Assembly (NCBI GenBank): GCA_913043225.1
Contig: CAJWLU010000004.1
Location: 128,001 to 192,000 of the forward strand
Origin: an uncultured Acidobacteriota bacterium
GTDB lineage: Bacteria; Acidobacteriota; Vicinamibacteria; Vicinamibacterales; UBA8438
Reading direction: 5' to 3'
DNA length: 64,000 nt
Shown: one piece after another, positions 24,270-34,724 of the stretch
Numbering within the stretch: the stretch's first letter is position 1
Layout: each line of letters opens with the position of its first letter
Position numbers and translations under genes: made by a program
Notes under the pieces: generated by a model
Told to the model about the DNA's origin: nothing
The model's input: the letters and a program-made list of their open reading frames with translations, nothing else
Databases searched by the model: none

Positions 24270-25049
24270 TTGAGTTCGATCGCCATCACAGACTTACTCG
24301 AAGCCGGCGCGCACTTCGGCCACCAGACCAAGCGGTGGAATCCGAAGATGAAGCCATACATCCTTGGCGCACGCAACGGCATCTACATCATCGACCTCGC
24401 CAAGACGGCCGAGCTGTTTGAGAAGGCGGAGACCTACGTCCGCGATCTCGCCTCAGACGGTAAGACGGTCCTCTTCGTCGGTACCAAACGCCAGGCGCAG
24501 GATATAGTGGTCGAGGAAGCCCAGCGGTGCGGCATGTACTTCGTGAACCAGCGCTGGCTCGGCGGTTTGCTGACGAACTTCGTCACTATCCAGCGAAGCC
24601 TCGCTCGGCTCAAAGACCTGGAAGCGATGGCGGAGGACGGCCGCTACGATACCTTCTCGAAGAAAGAAATCGCCAGAATCGAGAAAGAGAAACGCAAGCT
24701 GCACAAGAACCTCGACGGCATTCGACACATGGCGAAGCTTCCAGACGCCATGTTCGTGGTTGACACCCGCAAGGAGAAGATCGCAGTCGACGAGGCGCGC
24801 AAGCTCAAGATTCCAGTGATCGGCATCGTCGACAGTAACTGCGACCCAGACGACGTTGACTATGTCATTCCTGGCAACGACGACGCCTTGCGATCAATCC
24901 GGCTCTTCCTTTCGAAGATTGCGGATGCAGCCATTGCGGGCCGCGGCCTGCGCAACGAAGGTGGCCAGAGCGCACCGGGCGGCGACGAGACTCCCGCCGC
25001 GCCTGCCGAAGAGCCAGAAGATTCGAAACCGGCCGCCTCACCGGCCTGA
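24270..25049 (+). CDS. rpsB: 30S ribosomal protein S2
   Basis: [39 protein letters not shown] start after GGAGG. Confidence 0.98.
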   Translation: MSSIAITDLLEAGAHFGHQTKRWNPKMKPYILGARNGIYIIDLAKTAELFEKAETYVRDLASDGKTVLFVGTKRQAQDIVVEEAQRCGMYFVNQRWLGGLLTNFVTIQRSLARLKDLEAMAEDGRYDTFSKKEIARIEKEKRKLHKNLDGIRHMAKLPDAMFVVDTRKEKIAVDEARKLKIPVIGIVDSNCDPDDVDYVIPGNDDALRSIRLFLSKIADAAIAGRGLRNEGGQSAPGGDETPAAPAEEPEDSKPAASPA

Positions 25050-25164
25050 CCCATTCGCACGCCCGCCGAGGCGAAGGCCGTTATTCGCCTGCGCTTCTGC
25101 TGTACACCGCACCTTCTCACCTACTGCAACGACCGCGCCTCTGGCGCCCTGAGGACTCCGACAT

Positions 25165-25767
25165 ATGGGTATTTCTGCCATCGAGGTCAAACAGCTCCGC
25201 GACAAGACCGGAGCTGGGTTCATGGACTGTAAATCGGCCCTGGCCGAAGCCAACGGCGACGTTGAGCAAGCCATTACTATCCTGCGCAAGCGCGGGATTG
25301 CCAAGGCCGAAAAGCGGTCGGGCCGAAGCACCAGCGAGGGCGTCGTCGGCAGCTACATCCACATGGGCGGCAAGGTCGGCGTGCTGGTCGAGGTGGGCTG
25401 CGAATCGGATTTCGTCGCACGCACTGACGAGTTCCAGCAACTTGTGCGCGAGATTGCCATGCACATCGCGGCCGCCAATCCCCAGGTCGTAACGCGAGAC
25501 GAAGTGTCCGAAGCGGACGTCGAACGTGAAAAGATCATCTTCCGCGCCCAATTCGAGAACTCGAACAAGCCAGCCGACGTGGTCGAAAAGATCGTCGAGG
25601 GCAAGATGAACAGTTACTACCAGCAGGTAGTGCTGCTCGACCAGCCGTCGATTCGCGACCCGAAGACCTCCGTGCAGGATCTAGTCACTGCCGCCATCGC
25701 GAAGATGGGTGAGAACATCACCATCTCGCGGTTCGCCCGCTTCAAGATCGGCGAATCGGACAGCTAG
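25165..25767 (+). CDS. tsf: Elongation factor Ts (short form)
   Basis: VKQLRDKTGAGFMDCK, CESDFVAR, IAMHIAAANP, RFARFKIGE. Confidence 0.97.
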   Translation: MGISAIEVKQLRDKTGAGFMDCKSALAEANGDVEQAITILRKRGIAKAEKRSGRSTSEGVVGSYIHMGGKVGVLVEVGCESDFVARTDEFQQLVREIAMHIAAANPQVVTRDEVSEADVEREKIIFRAQFENSNKPADVVEKIVEGKMNSYYQQVVLLDQPSIRDPKTSVQDLVTAAIAKMGENITISRFARFKIGESDS

Positions 25768-25808
25768 CCGGGGCCCGGGTCGACCACCGGGTATAATCCC
25801 CCCACTCG

Positions 25809-26525
25809 ATGGCTGACCCAGCCTACCGTCGCGTTCTCTTGAAACTGTCTGGCGAAGCGCTCATGGGTGAGCGCTCGTTCGGCATCGATCCTGCCGTCGC
25901 GGATCAGATCGCCGACGAAGTGGTAGAAGTGCGTCAGCTGGGCGTAGAGCTGGCCGTCGTGATCGGGGGCGGTAACATCTTTCGAGGCCTCGCTGGAAGC
26001 GCAAAGGGTATGGACCGGACGACGGCAGACAACATGGGAATGTTGGCTACGGTCATGAACGCGCTGGCTCTCAGTGACGCGCTCGAACGACACGGTGCTA
26101 ACACTCGGGTCCTGACCGCGATCGAGATGCGAACCGTCGCCGAACCATTCATCCGGCGCCGGGCGATTCGTCATCTCGAAAAAGGGCGATTGGTCTTGTT
26201 CGCGGCCGGCACGGGCAACCCCTACTTCACGACTGACACCGCTGCGGCACTGCGGGCTATGGAGATCCACGCGGACGTGATCATGAAGGCCACCAAGGTC
26301 GATGGGATCTACACCGCTGACCCACTAACGGACCCGACTGCCACTCGTCTACCGTCGCTCTCTCACCTCGAAGTTCTGGAACGGCGACTGCACGTGATGG
26401 ACGCCACCGCAATCTCCCTGTGCATGGACAATCAGCTACCGATCGTGGTTTTCGATCTCACGACTCCCGGTAACGTGCGGCGCGCGATCATGGGTGAGCC
26501 GGTCGGCTCGATTGTCACGGCGTAG
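25809..26525 (+). CDS. pyrH: UMP kinase
   Basis: [38 protein letters not shown]. Confidence 0.98.
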   Translation: MADPAYRRVLLKLSGEALMGERSFGIDPAVADQIADEVVEVRQLGVELAVVIGGGNIFRGLAGSAKGMDRTTADNMGMLATVMNALALSDALERHGANTRVLTAIEMRTVAEPFIRRRAIRHLEKGRLVLFAAGTGNPYFTTDTAAALRAMEIHADVIMKATKVDGIYTADPLTDPTATRLPSLSHLEVLERRLHVMDATAISLCMDNQLPIVVFDLTTPGNVRRAIMGEPVGSIVTA

Positions 26526-26556
26526 GACGCCGCGAGACGGATCAGAAAGGCACAAC

Positions 26557-27126
26557 ATGGACATTAGCAACGGCGCCAGTGCAATCGATGCGGCGCACAA
26601 CGGGATGAAAGGGCAGGTAGAGCACGTCCGGCACGAGTTAACTGGCGTCCGGACCGGTCGCGCCTCCGTCGGTATCCTCGACTCAGTACGGGTCGAAGCA
26701 TACGGCACACAGATGCCCCTCAATCAGGTAGCAACGCTGTCGGTCCCGGAACCAACCCTGATCGTGGCCAACCCGTTCGACCCCACCCAGATCGCCGCCA
26801 TCGAACGCGCCATCCAGGGTGCGAACCTGGGACTGAACCCGGCCAACGATGGCAAGGTCGTGCGGATCCCGGTGCCGCCGCTGACCGATGAGAGGCGAAA
26901 AGAGCTCTCGCGCATCGTCCACAACCTCGCGGAGGACGGCCGCAACGGGATCCGAGGCGTCCGACGTACTGTCAACGAAGCGCTCAAAAAGCTCCTCAAG
27001 GACCACCAGCTCTCGGAGGACGACGAGCGTCGCGCGCTCGACGACGTACAGAAGGTCACCGACGAGCATATCGCCCAGATTGACGGACTACAGAAGGCCA
27101 AGGATTCGGAGCTTCTAGATCACTAA
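26557..27126 (+). CDS. frr: Ribosome recycling factor
   Basis: VRTGRAS, LGLNPANDG, PPLTDERRKEL; AAGG SD before ATG 26557. Confidence 0.97.
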   Translation: MDISNGASAIDAAHNGMKGQVEHVRHELTGVRTGRASVGILDSVRVEAYGTQMPLNQVATLSVPEPTLIVANPFDPTQIAAIERAIQGANLGLNPANDGKVVRIPVPPLTDERRKELSRIVHNLAEDGRNGIRGVRRTVNEALKKLLKDHQLSEDDERRALDDVQKVTDEHIAQIDGLQKAKDSELLDH

Positions 27127-27180
27127 ACATTGGGCTCTCGGCGGCGCGAGTCGTGCCAGCCGATGCAGCTCTCCTAGCGC

Positions 27181-28362
27181 GTGACTCTCCACTTTCGGCT
27201 CGAGTGCTCGGTGCCGTGCGGCGCCGGACCGTTTGATGCGAACGAAATTCACCATCTGTGTAGCTGCGGCCGTCCACTACTCGCTCGCTACAACTGGGAA
27301 TATATCGAGCGCCAGTGGTCGAAGGATGCGCCCACGCATGGCGTGCGCTCGATGTGGCGCTATGCACCGGTGCTACCGATTGCCGAGGGCGTGCCCCCCG
27401 TCACTCTCGGGGAAGGCTGGACCCCGCTCTTCCATGCCCGGCGCCTGGGGGCGGACCTAGGACTATCACGGCTGTATGTGAAAGACGAGGCTCTGAACCC
27501 CACCAACTCGTTCAAGGCTCGGGGCATGTCAGCCGCCGTCACGCGGGCTCGTGATCTCGGAGCTACAACGCTGTCTGCGCCGTCGGCCGGCAACGCCGCC
27601 TGCGCCCTAGCCGCCTACAGCGCTGCCGCCGGTCTCACCAGTAAGGTTTTCATGCCACGCGACGTGAAATTGCCTTTCATCCACGAATGCCGGCTCCACG
27701 GAGCGGAGGTGACGCTTGTGGATGGTCTCATCACCGATGCGGGACGGATCGCGGCCGAGCACGGCCGACCGCTCGGCTGGTATGACGTCTCTACGCTCAA
27801 AGAACCGTTCCGGACCGAAGGCAAGAAAACGATGGGCTACGAGATCGCCGAACAGCTCGGCTGGACCTGGCCTCACTGGATCATTTATCCCACCGGCGGT
27901 GGCACCGGCATCGTAGGCATCTGGAAGGCGTGTGAAGAGCTGGAGCGCTTGGGTTGGGTCAGCGGTCCACGCCCCCGGCTGGTCTCGGTACAGGCCACCG
28001 GATGCGCGCCCATCGTCCGTGCGTTCGATCGGGGCACTGAGACAGCAGAGCCCTGGGCCGATGCCACCACTGTCGCCGACGGCCTCCGTGTACCCGCCGC
28101 AGTTGGCGACATGCTCGTGCTCAGGGCACTGCGCGAGAGTGGCGGCAGCGCGCTCGCGGTGACCGACGAGGAGATGGTCACCGGAATGCGGGCCCTCGGA
28201 CAGCGCGAGGGAATCGGAGCCGCGCCGGAGGGAGGCGCTACGGTCGCGGCCCTTCGACACCTGCGAAACGTCGGCACCATCGGCGACGACGACCGCGTTG
28301 TGCTGCTCAACACCGGTGGTTCTCTGAAGTACCTCGACGTCCTGGAAGCACCGTCGTCCTAG
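27181..28362 (+). CDS. thrC: Threonine synthase-like PLP enzyme (fold type II)
   Basis: TLGEGWTPL, KDEALNPTNSFKARG (PLP Lys), SAGNA, EGKKTMGYE, YPTGGGTG, LNTG; exact substrate uncertain. Confidence 0.75.
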   Translation: MTLHFRLECSVPCGAGPFDANEIHHLCSCGRPLLARYNWEYIERQWSKDAPTHGVRSMWRYAPVLPIAEGVPPVTLGEGWTPLFHARRLGADLGLSRLYVKDEALNPTNSFKARGMSAAVTRARDLGATTLSAPSAGNAACALAAYSAAAGLTSKVFMPRDVKLPFIHECRLHGAEVTLVDGLITDAGRIAAEHGRPLGWYDVSTLKEPFRTEGKKTMGYEIAEQLGWTWPHWIIYPTGGGTGIVGIWKACEELERLGWVSGPRPRLVSVQATGCAPIVRAFDRGTETAEPWADATTVADGLRVPAAVGDMLVLRALRESGGSALAVTDEEMVTGMRALGQREGIGAAPEGGATVAALRHLRNVGTIGDDDRVVLLNTGGSLKYLDVLEAPSS

Positions 28363-28472
28363 CGAGCCAGGCACGCTCCACCCCCACTCGATTGCGGCCT
28401 CCGACCGGTGGCGTGTAAAATCGGCGACTGCGTGCCCAGCTCAGAACCTGGGCCCTGTACACCCTTCCCCGG

Positions 28473-28548
<76 letters not shown>

Positions 28549-29030
28549 TCCATCGATCTGCTCCCCGTCACTAGGCGTCTTCGGTCGTTGCCACCAGCCC
28601 AAGTCGTCTGAGCCGAAACCTCGCCATCATCCGGATAGCGTGGCGCGTCCGCTCACGGGCCTGCCCGGGCAGGCTTTCCCTCCGCTCCTAAGTGGACCAG
28701 TCTCATCTGACGGCTTCATTCATGACCCCCGCCGAGAAACGCTGGCAGGGTAACGGTGACAGGATGCGTGCGCCGACCGCATGCCCGTCTCGTTTCAGCG
28801 TGCTCGAACGGATTCATCGTCGAATCCGTCCATAAACAACCGCCCGGCAACCGCCTCTCATTACATTGAACTAGCCGGCAGCACCCACCTCAGACCAGGC
28901 CTCGCGGCCAGGTCGGCGACCCGGTCAACGGAACTGAAACTCCTATCAACCGGCAGCGATACGCTCAACTCCAACCGCCGAGAGGAACGCCACTGGCGGA
29001 ACAGTCGGCTCGACTGCGGTATAAAGAGGA

Positions 29031-30359
29031 ATGGCTTATCGCGCGGTGTTTCGCTGTATCGCCGGGTGTCCCGGCGAACACTCCCTCTGGACTCCAATCT
29101 ACCGCTGTCCGACCTGTGGCGATCTGCTCGAGGTGTGTCACGACCTCGGCGCCCTGAAGGATCGCTCCGCCATTGCCTGGATGCGGCTGTTTGACGAGCG
29201 CTACAAGCGCACCACCTGGCCCTACGGCTCGTCGGTTTGGGGCAAGAAGGAATGGGTCTGCCCCGATGTCCGAGACGAGGCAGTGGTGTCGATGGATGAG
29301 GGGGGCTCCAACCTCTTCTGGGCAGAGCGGTTCGGGCGCGATCTCGGAATGCAGGACCTGTGGGTCAAGCTGTGTGGGAACTCTCACACCGGCTCGTTCA
29401 AGGACCTCGGGATGACCGTCCTGGTGTCGGTTGTGCGTCAGATCATCCAGGACGGCGGAAACATTCGCGCCGTTGCCTGCGCCTCAACCGGCGACACGTC
29501 GGCTTCACTCGCCGCCTACGCGGCCGCCGGTGACATCCCGGCCATCGTACTGCTCCCCCGCGGAAAGGTATCGACCGCCCAGTTGCTCCAGCCAGTCGCC
29601 AACGGCGCGCTCGTTCTCGCGCTCGACACGGACTTCGACGGGTGCATGGCGATAGTGCAGCGGTTAAGCCAGGACGACGGTATCTATCTAGCCAACTCGA
29701 TGAACAGCCTCAGACTCGAGGGCCAGAAGACGGTGGCCGTCGAGATCGTACAGCAGCTCGACTGGCAAATTCCGGACGTGGTGATCATCCCGGGCGGCAA
29801 TCTCGGAAACGTTAGTGCACTCGGCGCGGGGTTCGAGCTGATGGCCGAGCTGGGATTGATCGATAAGCAGCCCCAAATCGTCGTCGCACAGGCTGCAGCC
29901 GCCAACCCGCTGTATCTCGCCTACACCCGAGGCTGGGAGTTCGAGGCAGTGGCGGCCCAACCAACCCAAGCCTCCGCCATCCAGATCGGGAACCCGGTGT
30001 CGGTCCAGAAGGCGATCCGCACCCTCAAGCGCCATCACGGCATCGTGGAGCAGGCTACCGAGGCCGAGCTTGCCGAAGCCTCGGCGCGCGCCGACCGCAC
30101 CGGGATGTACAACTGCCCTCATACAGGGGTCGCACTAGCGGCATTGATCAAGCTGCGTGAACGGGGCCTGATTGACGCCTCGTCACGCGTGGTCGTGGTC
30201 TCGACGGCCAGCGGGCTGAAGTTCACTGACTTCAAGCTGGGCTATCACGAGGACGGCCTGCCTGGCGTGACGCCCGAGCACGCGAACACCCCCGTCGAGC
30301 TTCCCAACGACTACGACTCGGTGCGAAAGGCCATTGACCAGCACGCCGGCGCGCACTAG
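29031..30359 (+). CDS. thrC: Threonine synthase, plant-like subfamily
   Basis: [78 protein letters not shown]. Confidence 0.93.
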   Translation: MAYRAVFRCIAGCPGEHSLWTPIYRCPTCGDLLEVCHDLGALKDRSAIAWMRLFDERYKRTTWPYGSSVWGKKEWVCPDVRDEAVVSMDEGGSNLFWAERFGRDLGMQDLWVKLCGNSHTGSFKDLGMTVLVSVVRQIIQDGGNIRAVACASTGDTSASLAAYAAAGDIPAIVLLPRGKVSTAQLLQPVANGALVLALDTDFDGCMAIVQRLSQDDGIYLANSMNSLRLEGQKTVAVEIVQQLDWQIPDVVIIPGGNLGNVSALGAGFELMAELGLIDKQPQIVVAQAAAANPLYLAYTRGWEFEAVAAQPTQASAIQIGNPVSVQKAIRTLKRHHGIVEQATEAELAEASARADRTGMYNCPHTGVALAALIKLRERGLIDASSRVVVVSTASGLKFTDFKLGYHEDGLPGVTPEHANTPVELPNDYDSVRKAIDQHAGAH

Positions 30360-31514
30360 CCGAGAAACATCTCGTAGGCGGGATTTCTGCCTTGCAACTC
30401 GAAGCGGTAGCCCAGCTGATCGAGGAAGGCCTGGAATGCATCCTCGTCCTCGTGGGACACCTCAAACGCGGCCAGCACGCGGCCGAAGTCGGCCCCATGG
30501 TTGCAGAGCAGAATACCCGGAAGGCGCCAGGACGCTGCCGGAATGGTCACCCCGAAGACCGCCTCTCGCGCCTCCCCTAACTCGGCCCGCTCGCGCAGCC
30601 GGTCGAAGTTCATGTTGGCGCCGCTCAGCACCGCCACCAGCCGCTCAACCGGCGTCTCCAAGTCGGCCGCCCAGCGCTTCATCCCGGCGACCGAGAGCGC
30701 CCCAGCAGGTTCCATGACAGCAGGGGTGTCATCGTAAATATCTTTGATGGCGGCGCAGATCTCATCGTTGGTCACCCGCACCACTAAATCGACCCTATCG
30801 CGCGCCACCTCAAACGCGGTGGCGCCCACCTGCTCGAGCTCGACGCGCCGCCCTTCCTCCAAAGAGCGGTAGAGGGCGTCCGCGTCCATCGACTCCACCC
30901 CGATCACGAGCACTTCCGGCATCAACGCCTTGACGTAGGCGGCGATCCCCCCGATTAGCCCTCCCCCACCGACTGGCACGAACACCGCGTCGAGTCGCCC
31001 GTGGCACTGACGTCGAATCTCGTCCGCGATGGTCCCCTGCCCTGCCATGACCAGGGGATCGTCGAAGGGATGCACCGGGACCCGACCCTCCTTGGCCGCC
31101 CGCTCTTCCGCGCGACGCTCAGCCGCGGCATAGTCGTCGCCGGCCAGCTCTACTGTGACGCCGAAAGGTCTCACCGCCTCCACCTTGATGCGTGGGGTCG
31201 TTCGAGGCATCACGACCACGGCCGGCCCGCGCCGAGAACGCAACCCCCTGGGCATGATTGCCCGCGCTCGCACAGATCACGCCACGGGCACGTTCGGCAT
31301 CCGTCAAATGGGCGATCCGGTTGTAGGCGCCCCGAAGCTTGAAGCTGAATACTGGCTGGAGATCCTCACGCTTGAGCAGGACCTCCGCTCTCAGCCGGGA
31401 CGACAGCCCCGGTGCGACATCGAGAGGCGTCTCCCGCGCCACATCGTAGACCCGGCTACGTAGGATGTCTCGAAGAAGCCGTTCGACAGGGTCTTCTGAC
31501 GACGGGAACGGCAT
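30356..31514 (-). pseudogene. ilvA: Biosynthetic threonine deaminase, disrupted
   Basis: [18 protein letters not shown] and [11 protein letters not shown] in one frame, HPFDDP/GQGT/VGGGGL/SGANMNFDRL in another; frameshift near 31227 plus several internal deletions. Confidence 0.9.
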
Positions 31515-31550
31515 CGGAGCTTCATGTTATGATCGGGCCGAGACACTCTT

Positions 31551-31775
31551 ATGCCGATCTACGAGTATCGGTGTCGCGACTGCGACCACGACTTTGAGGC
31601 TCTGGTGCGAGGCCGCCGGATGCCGGTGTGTCCAGCCTGCGACAGCGACGCCCTGCATAGGCGTCAGTCGGCGTTCGCCGTCGGCGGGACCTCGATTACT
31701 GTACCGGCCCACACGGGCGGATCCTGTGGCACTTGCGGGGACCCGCGCGGCCCGGGTGCCTGTTCGATCAACTGA
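31551..31775 (+). CDS. FmdB-family zinc-ribbon protein
   Basis: MPIYEYRCRDCDHDFE...CPACDS, Cys-rich tail CGTCGDPRGPGAC. Confidence 0.88.
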   Translation: MPIYEYRCRDCDHDFEALVRGRRMPVCPACDSDALHRRQSAFAVGGTSITVPAHTGGSCGTCGDPRGPGACSIN

Positions 31776-31822
31776 CGGAACCGGGCTCGTCGTACCCGCC
31801 GTTCCGAGAGGATATTCACCAG

Positions 31823-32197
31823 ATGTCGGTGCCGCGAATTTCCAAGGAAGACCTCAAGGACCTACTCGAGGGGGACACCCCCAACGCCCCGGTCATCCTC
31901 GATGCCCGGCTCAAGTACCCCTACGAGCACAGCACTGTGACCCTACCCGGAGCCGTTCGTATCGACCCCGACGCGCTGGATGCCTCTGGGTTGTCGACCG
32001 ATCGCGATATCGTGGCCTACGATTCCGACCCGGAAGAGTTGGTTAGCGCCCGCGTCGCCTCGGCTCTGATCCGGCAGGGCTATCGAGCCAGCGCGCTAGC
32101 CGGTGGCCTCCCCGAGTGGACTACAGCTAAGTTCCCTATCGACGAGAAGGACGCGCCCAAGCAGGCCCCACCAAAGGCTGGCGGCCTGAAGGGCTGA
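31823..32197 (+). CDS. Rhodanese-like domain protein (no catalytic Cys)
   Basis: VILDAR, TLPGAVRI, IVAYD (Asp where active rhodaneses have Cys), ALAGGLPEW; GAGG SD. Confidence 0.8.
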   Translation: MSVPRISKEDLKDLLEGDTPNAPVILDARLKYPYEHSTVTLPGAVRIDPDALDASGLSTDRDIVAYDSDPEELVSARVASALIRQGYRASALAGGLPEWTTAKFPIDEKDAPKQAPPKAGGLKG

Positions 32198-32251
32198 CCG
32201 AGACAGAGTCCGGCCCACTCCACCAAAACCAGCGCCGGACGAGGCGCCGTA

Positions 32252-32947
32252 ATGTTTGCCGCGACCGCTCCTTGGTCGATCTCTCTCGCGCTGTTCCTCG
32301 GGTGGCTGACGCCTGCATTCGTAACTGCCCAGGCCAGCGACCGAACGGCCGCTCAGGTCCAAGCCGATCTCGAAACACGAAACGCGCTGGTCGTGGACTT
32401 CACCGCCGACTTCGTCCAGACCTATGAAGGCGGCATGCTTCGAAGCCGTCTCGTCGAACGCGGTACGGTGCGAATCAAACGACCAGGGTTGATGCGCTGG
32501 GACTACCTTGACCCCGAACCCAAGGTCTATCTAGCCGACGGCGAACAGTTCTATTCCTATCTGGAGCTCGATGCTCAGGTCATCGTGGGCGCCATGCCGT
32601 CACTCGACGAAGCGGCCACGGCAATGCAGTTCCTGGCCGGTGCCGGGAGCATCGTGGACGACTTCACAGCTGCCTTCGACGCCGTGGACAACCAGCCAGC
32701 GAATACTATCGCGCTCCGGCTGGACCCAATCCGGAGCGAGCGCGACTTCGAATTTCTCGTGGTCGTTCTCGACCAGGACACGCTAGCGATCCGCCAGCTC
32801 GTGGCCCACGACTTCGGAGGCGGCGTTTCAATTTATCAGTTCGCGAATCTGCAGGAGAACACCGGATTGACCGATAGTCCATTCAGATTTGACGTCCCGG
32901 CTGGAACCAATGTCATTGCAATTAATGAAACAAGCGCCGCGCGCTAG
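32252..32947 (+). CDS. lolA: Outer-membrane lipoprotein carrier LolA-family protein
   Basis: Signal peptide, DFTADFVQT, IKRPGLMRWDY, LADGEQFYSY, FRFDVPAG. Confidence 0.85.
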   Translation: MFAATAPWSISLALFLGWLTPAFVTAQASDRTAAQVQADLETRNALVVDFTADFVQTYEGGMLRSRLVERGTVRIKRPGLMRWDYLDPEPKVYLADGEQFYSYLELDAQVIVGAMPSLDEAATAMQFLAGAGSIVDDFTAAFDAVDNQPANTIALRLDPIRSERDFEFLVVVLDQDTLAIRQLVAHDFGGGVSIYQFANLQENTGLTDSPFRFDVPAGTNVIAINETSAAR

Positions 32948-34721
32948 CGCTCTCCTAGCGTGCCTCCTGATCGGCGCATGCGCCTCTGGGGCCCGCGACC
33001 GGGCACAGCTGGCCGAACGGGCTGAAGATTTCGACCGAGCCGTGGTCGAATACACCCGCGCGCTGCAGGAACGCCCGGACGATCCGTCCCTTCGTCGCGA
33101 CCTTGAACGGGCGAAGCTCCGCGCGGCGCAGCAACACTACGCCGAGGGGAGACGGCACGCTGGCCTTGGCAACTATGACGAAGCGCTCGTCGAGTATCAA
33201 ATCGCGGCGGAGATGAACCCGCTGAGCGGTGAGATCCAGGACGCCGTACGCGACACCCGTCGCGCTGTGCAAACAAGACTGAAAGCCCGGGCAGACGGCC
33301 AGACCGAGCTCGAAGCCCTAGTCGAACGTACCCGCGCCCTTCCACCAAGTGGACTGGAGCTACCCGAGGACACGCTCCCGGAGTCGCTGGTCTTTCGCGA
33401 TGCGAGCAGTCGAGATGTTTTCTCGGCTCTGGGACAATTTGCCGGAGTCAACGTCGTCTTCGATCCGACATTCAGTAACGAGGCGCTCTCAATCGACCTC
33501 CGCGGCAGCACCCTGACGGCGGCACTGACCGCGGTCGCCGCCTCCACAAGGAATTTCTACCGGGTCACTGCCCCGCAGACCGTGACGGTGATCCCCGACA
33601 CGCCAGCGAAGCGGCGAGAATACGAAGAAGAGGTCGTCCAGACTTTCTACCTCAGTAACGCCGACGTCGCGGAGACGATTGACATGCTACGGCTGGTCAT
33701 CGACCTGCGGCGCCTCGCGCCCATGACCGCCACCCGCGCCATCTCGATCAAGGACACCCCACAGCGGCTGGCGGCCGCGGGGCGTCTAATCGCCGCGATC
33801 GACAAGGCGCGTCCAGAGGTGGTCATCGACGTTGAGCTGCTTGAGGTCGACCGCCAACGCCTCCGCGAGTACGGGCTACAGTTCGCCAGCACGGGCTCGC
33901 CCGGTATCGATGGCTTCGCCACGCTGGACCAGACCAACCTCACTCTCGATGCTCTCGGGTCGCTAACCAGGGCCGATGTGTTCGTCGCGAACCTGCCTGG
34001 GCTTTTCTACCGACTGCTGAAACGTGACGCCAACACCCGAACGCTGGCGAATCCACACCTGCGTACTTCTGAGGGCACGGCGGCGACCGCCCGATTCGGG
34101 CAGCGCGTCCCGGTACCCGTCACCACCTTCGCCCCATTCGCGACCGGGGGAATCCAGCAGCAGCCGATCACGTCGTTCAACTACGAGAATATCGGCGTCA
34201 ACATCGATATCACGCCCTTCACGCACCACAACGATGACGTGTCGCTCGACCTGGCCATCGAGGTGCAGAGCGTGTCTGGCACCGGCTTTGGCGACCTGCC
34301 GACGTTCGGTAATCGCTCGATCACCACCTCGATCAGACTACGTGACGGCGAGACGAACATCCTGGCCGGCCTAATTCGAGACGATGAACGCGAGGTAATG
34401 GAAGGGATACCTGGACTGAGCGACCTTCCGATCATCGGCCGGCTCTTCGCCCGCAGTCAGCAGGAAATTCAGGAGACGGATATCATCGTCACCCTCACGC
34501 CTCGCATCATCCGCGTGCTTGACCTCGACGAGTCTGATCTGCGCGCCTTCCGGGTAGAGCGCGACAGTGGGGCGGGGCTCGACATCAACGCTCCCTTACC
34601 CGCCTCGGCGGTGCCTGGCGCCATGCGGCCTGGCAGCCCAGCCGCGCCCCCGGGCGCTGGCGGCGCCGGACCCATCCGCGCCCTTCCGCTTCCTTCCGCT
34701 CCCCCGCTCGATCGGCGATAG
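32925..34721 (+). CDS. Secretin (GspD/PulD-like) with N-terminal lipoprotein signal and TPRs
   Basis: LLIGAC lipobox-like motif, TPR helices, QTFYLSNA, IDKARPEVVIDVELLEV, TLANPHLRT, NIGVNIDITP, IPGLSDLPIIGRLF, LTPRII. Confidence 0.9.
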   Translation: MKQAPRASALLACLLIGACASGARDRAQLAERAEDFDRAVVEYTRALQERPDDPSLRRDLERAKLRAAQQHYAEGRRHAGLGNYDEALVEYQIAAEMNPLSGEIQDAVRDTRRAVQTRLKARADGQTELEALVERTRALPPSGLELPEDTLPESLVFRDASSRDVFSALGQFAGVNVVFDPTFSNEALSIDLRGSTLTAALTAVAASTRNFYRVTAPQTVTVIPDTPAKRREYEEEVVQTFYLSNADVAETIDMLRLVIDLRRLAPMTATRAISIKDTPQRLAAAGRLIAAIDKARPEVVIDVELLEVDRQRLREYGLQFASTGSPGIDGFATLDQTNLTLDALGSLTRADVFVANLPGLFYRLLKRDANTRTLANPHLRTSEGTAATARFGQRVPVPVTTFAPFATGGIQQQPITSFNYENIGVNIDITPFTHHNDDVSLDLAIEVQSVSGTGFGDLPTFGNRSITTSIRLRDGETNILAGLIRDDEREVMEGIPGLSDLPIIGRLFARSQQEIQETDIIVTLTPRIIRVLDLDESDLRAFRVERDSGAGLDINAPLPASAVPGAMRPGSPAAPPGAGGAGPIRALPLPSAPPLDRR

Positions 34722-34724
34722 GAG

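Noticed and set aside
25165..25767. EF-Ts of only 200 aa as a possible truncation
   Set aside because: The short form is an established EF-Ts type and both termini are intact
28860..29030. SAM riboswitch or Thr/Ile leader peptide upstream of the second thrC
   Set aside because: No SAM-I core, T-box or Thr/Ile codon run visible; the gene looks leaderless
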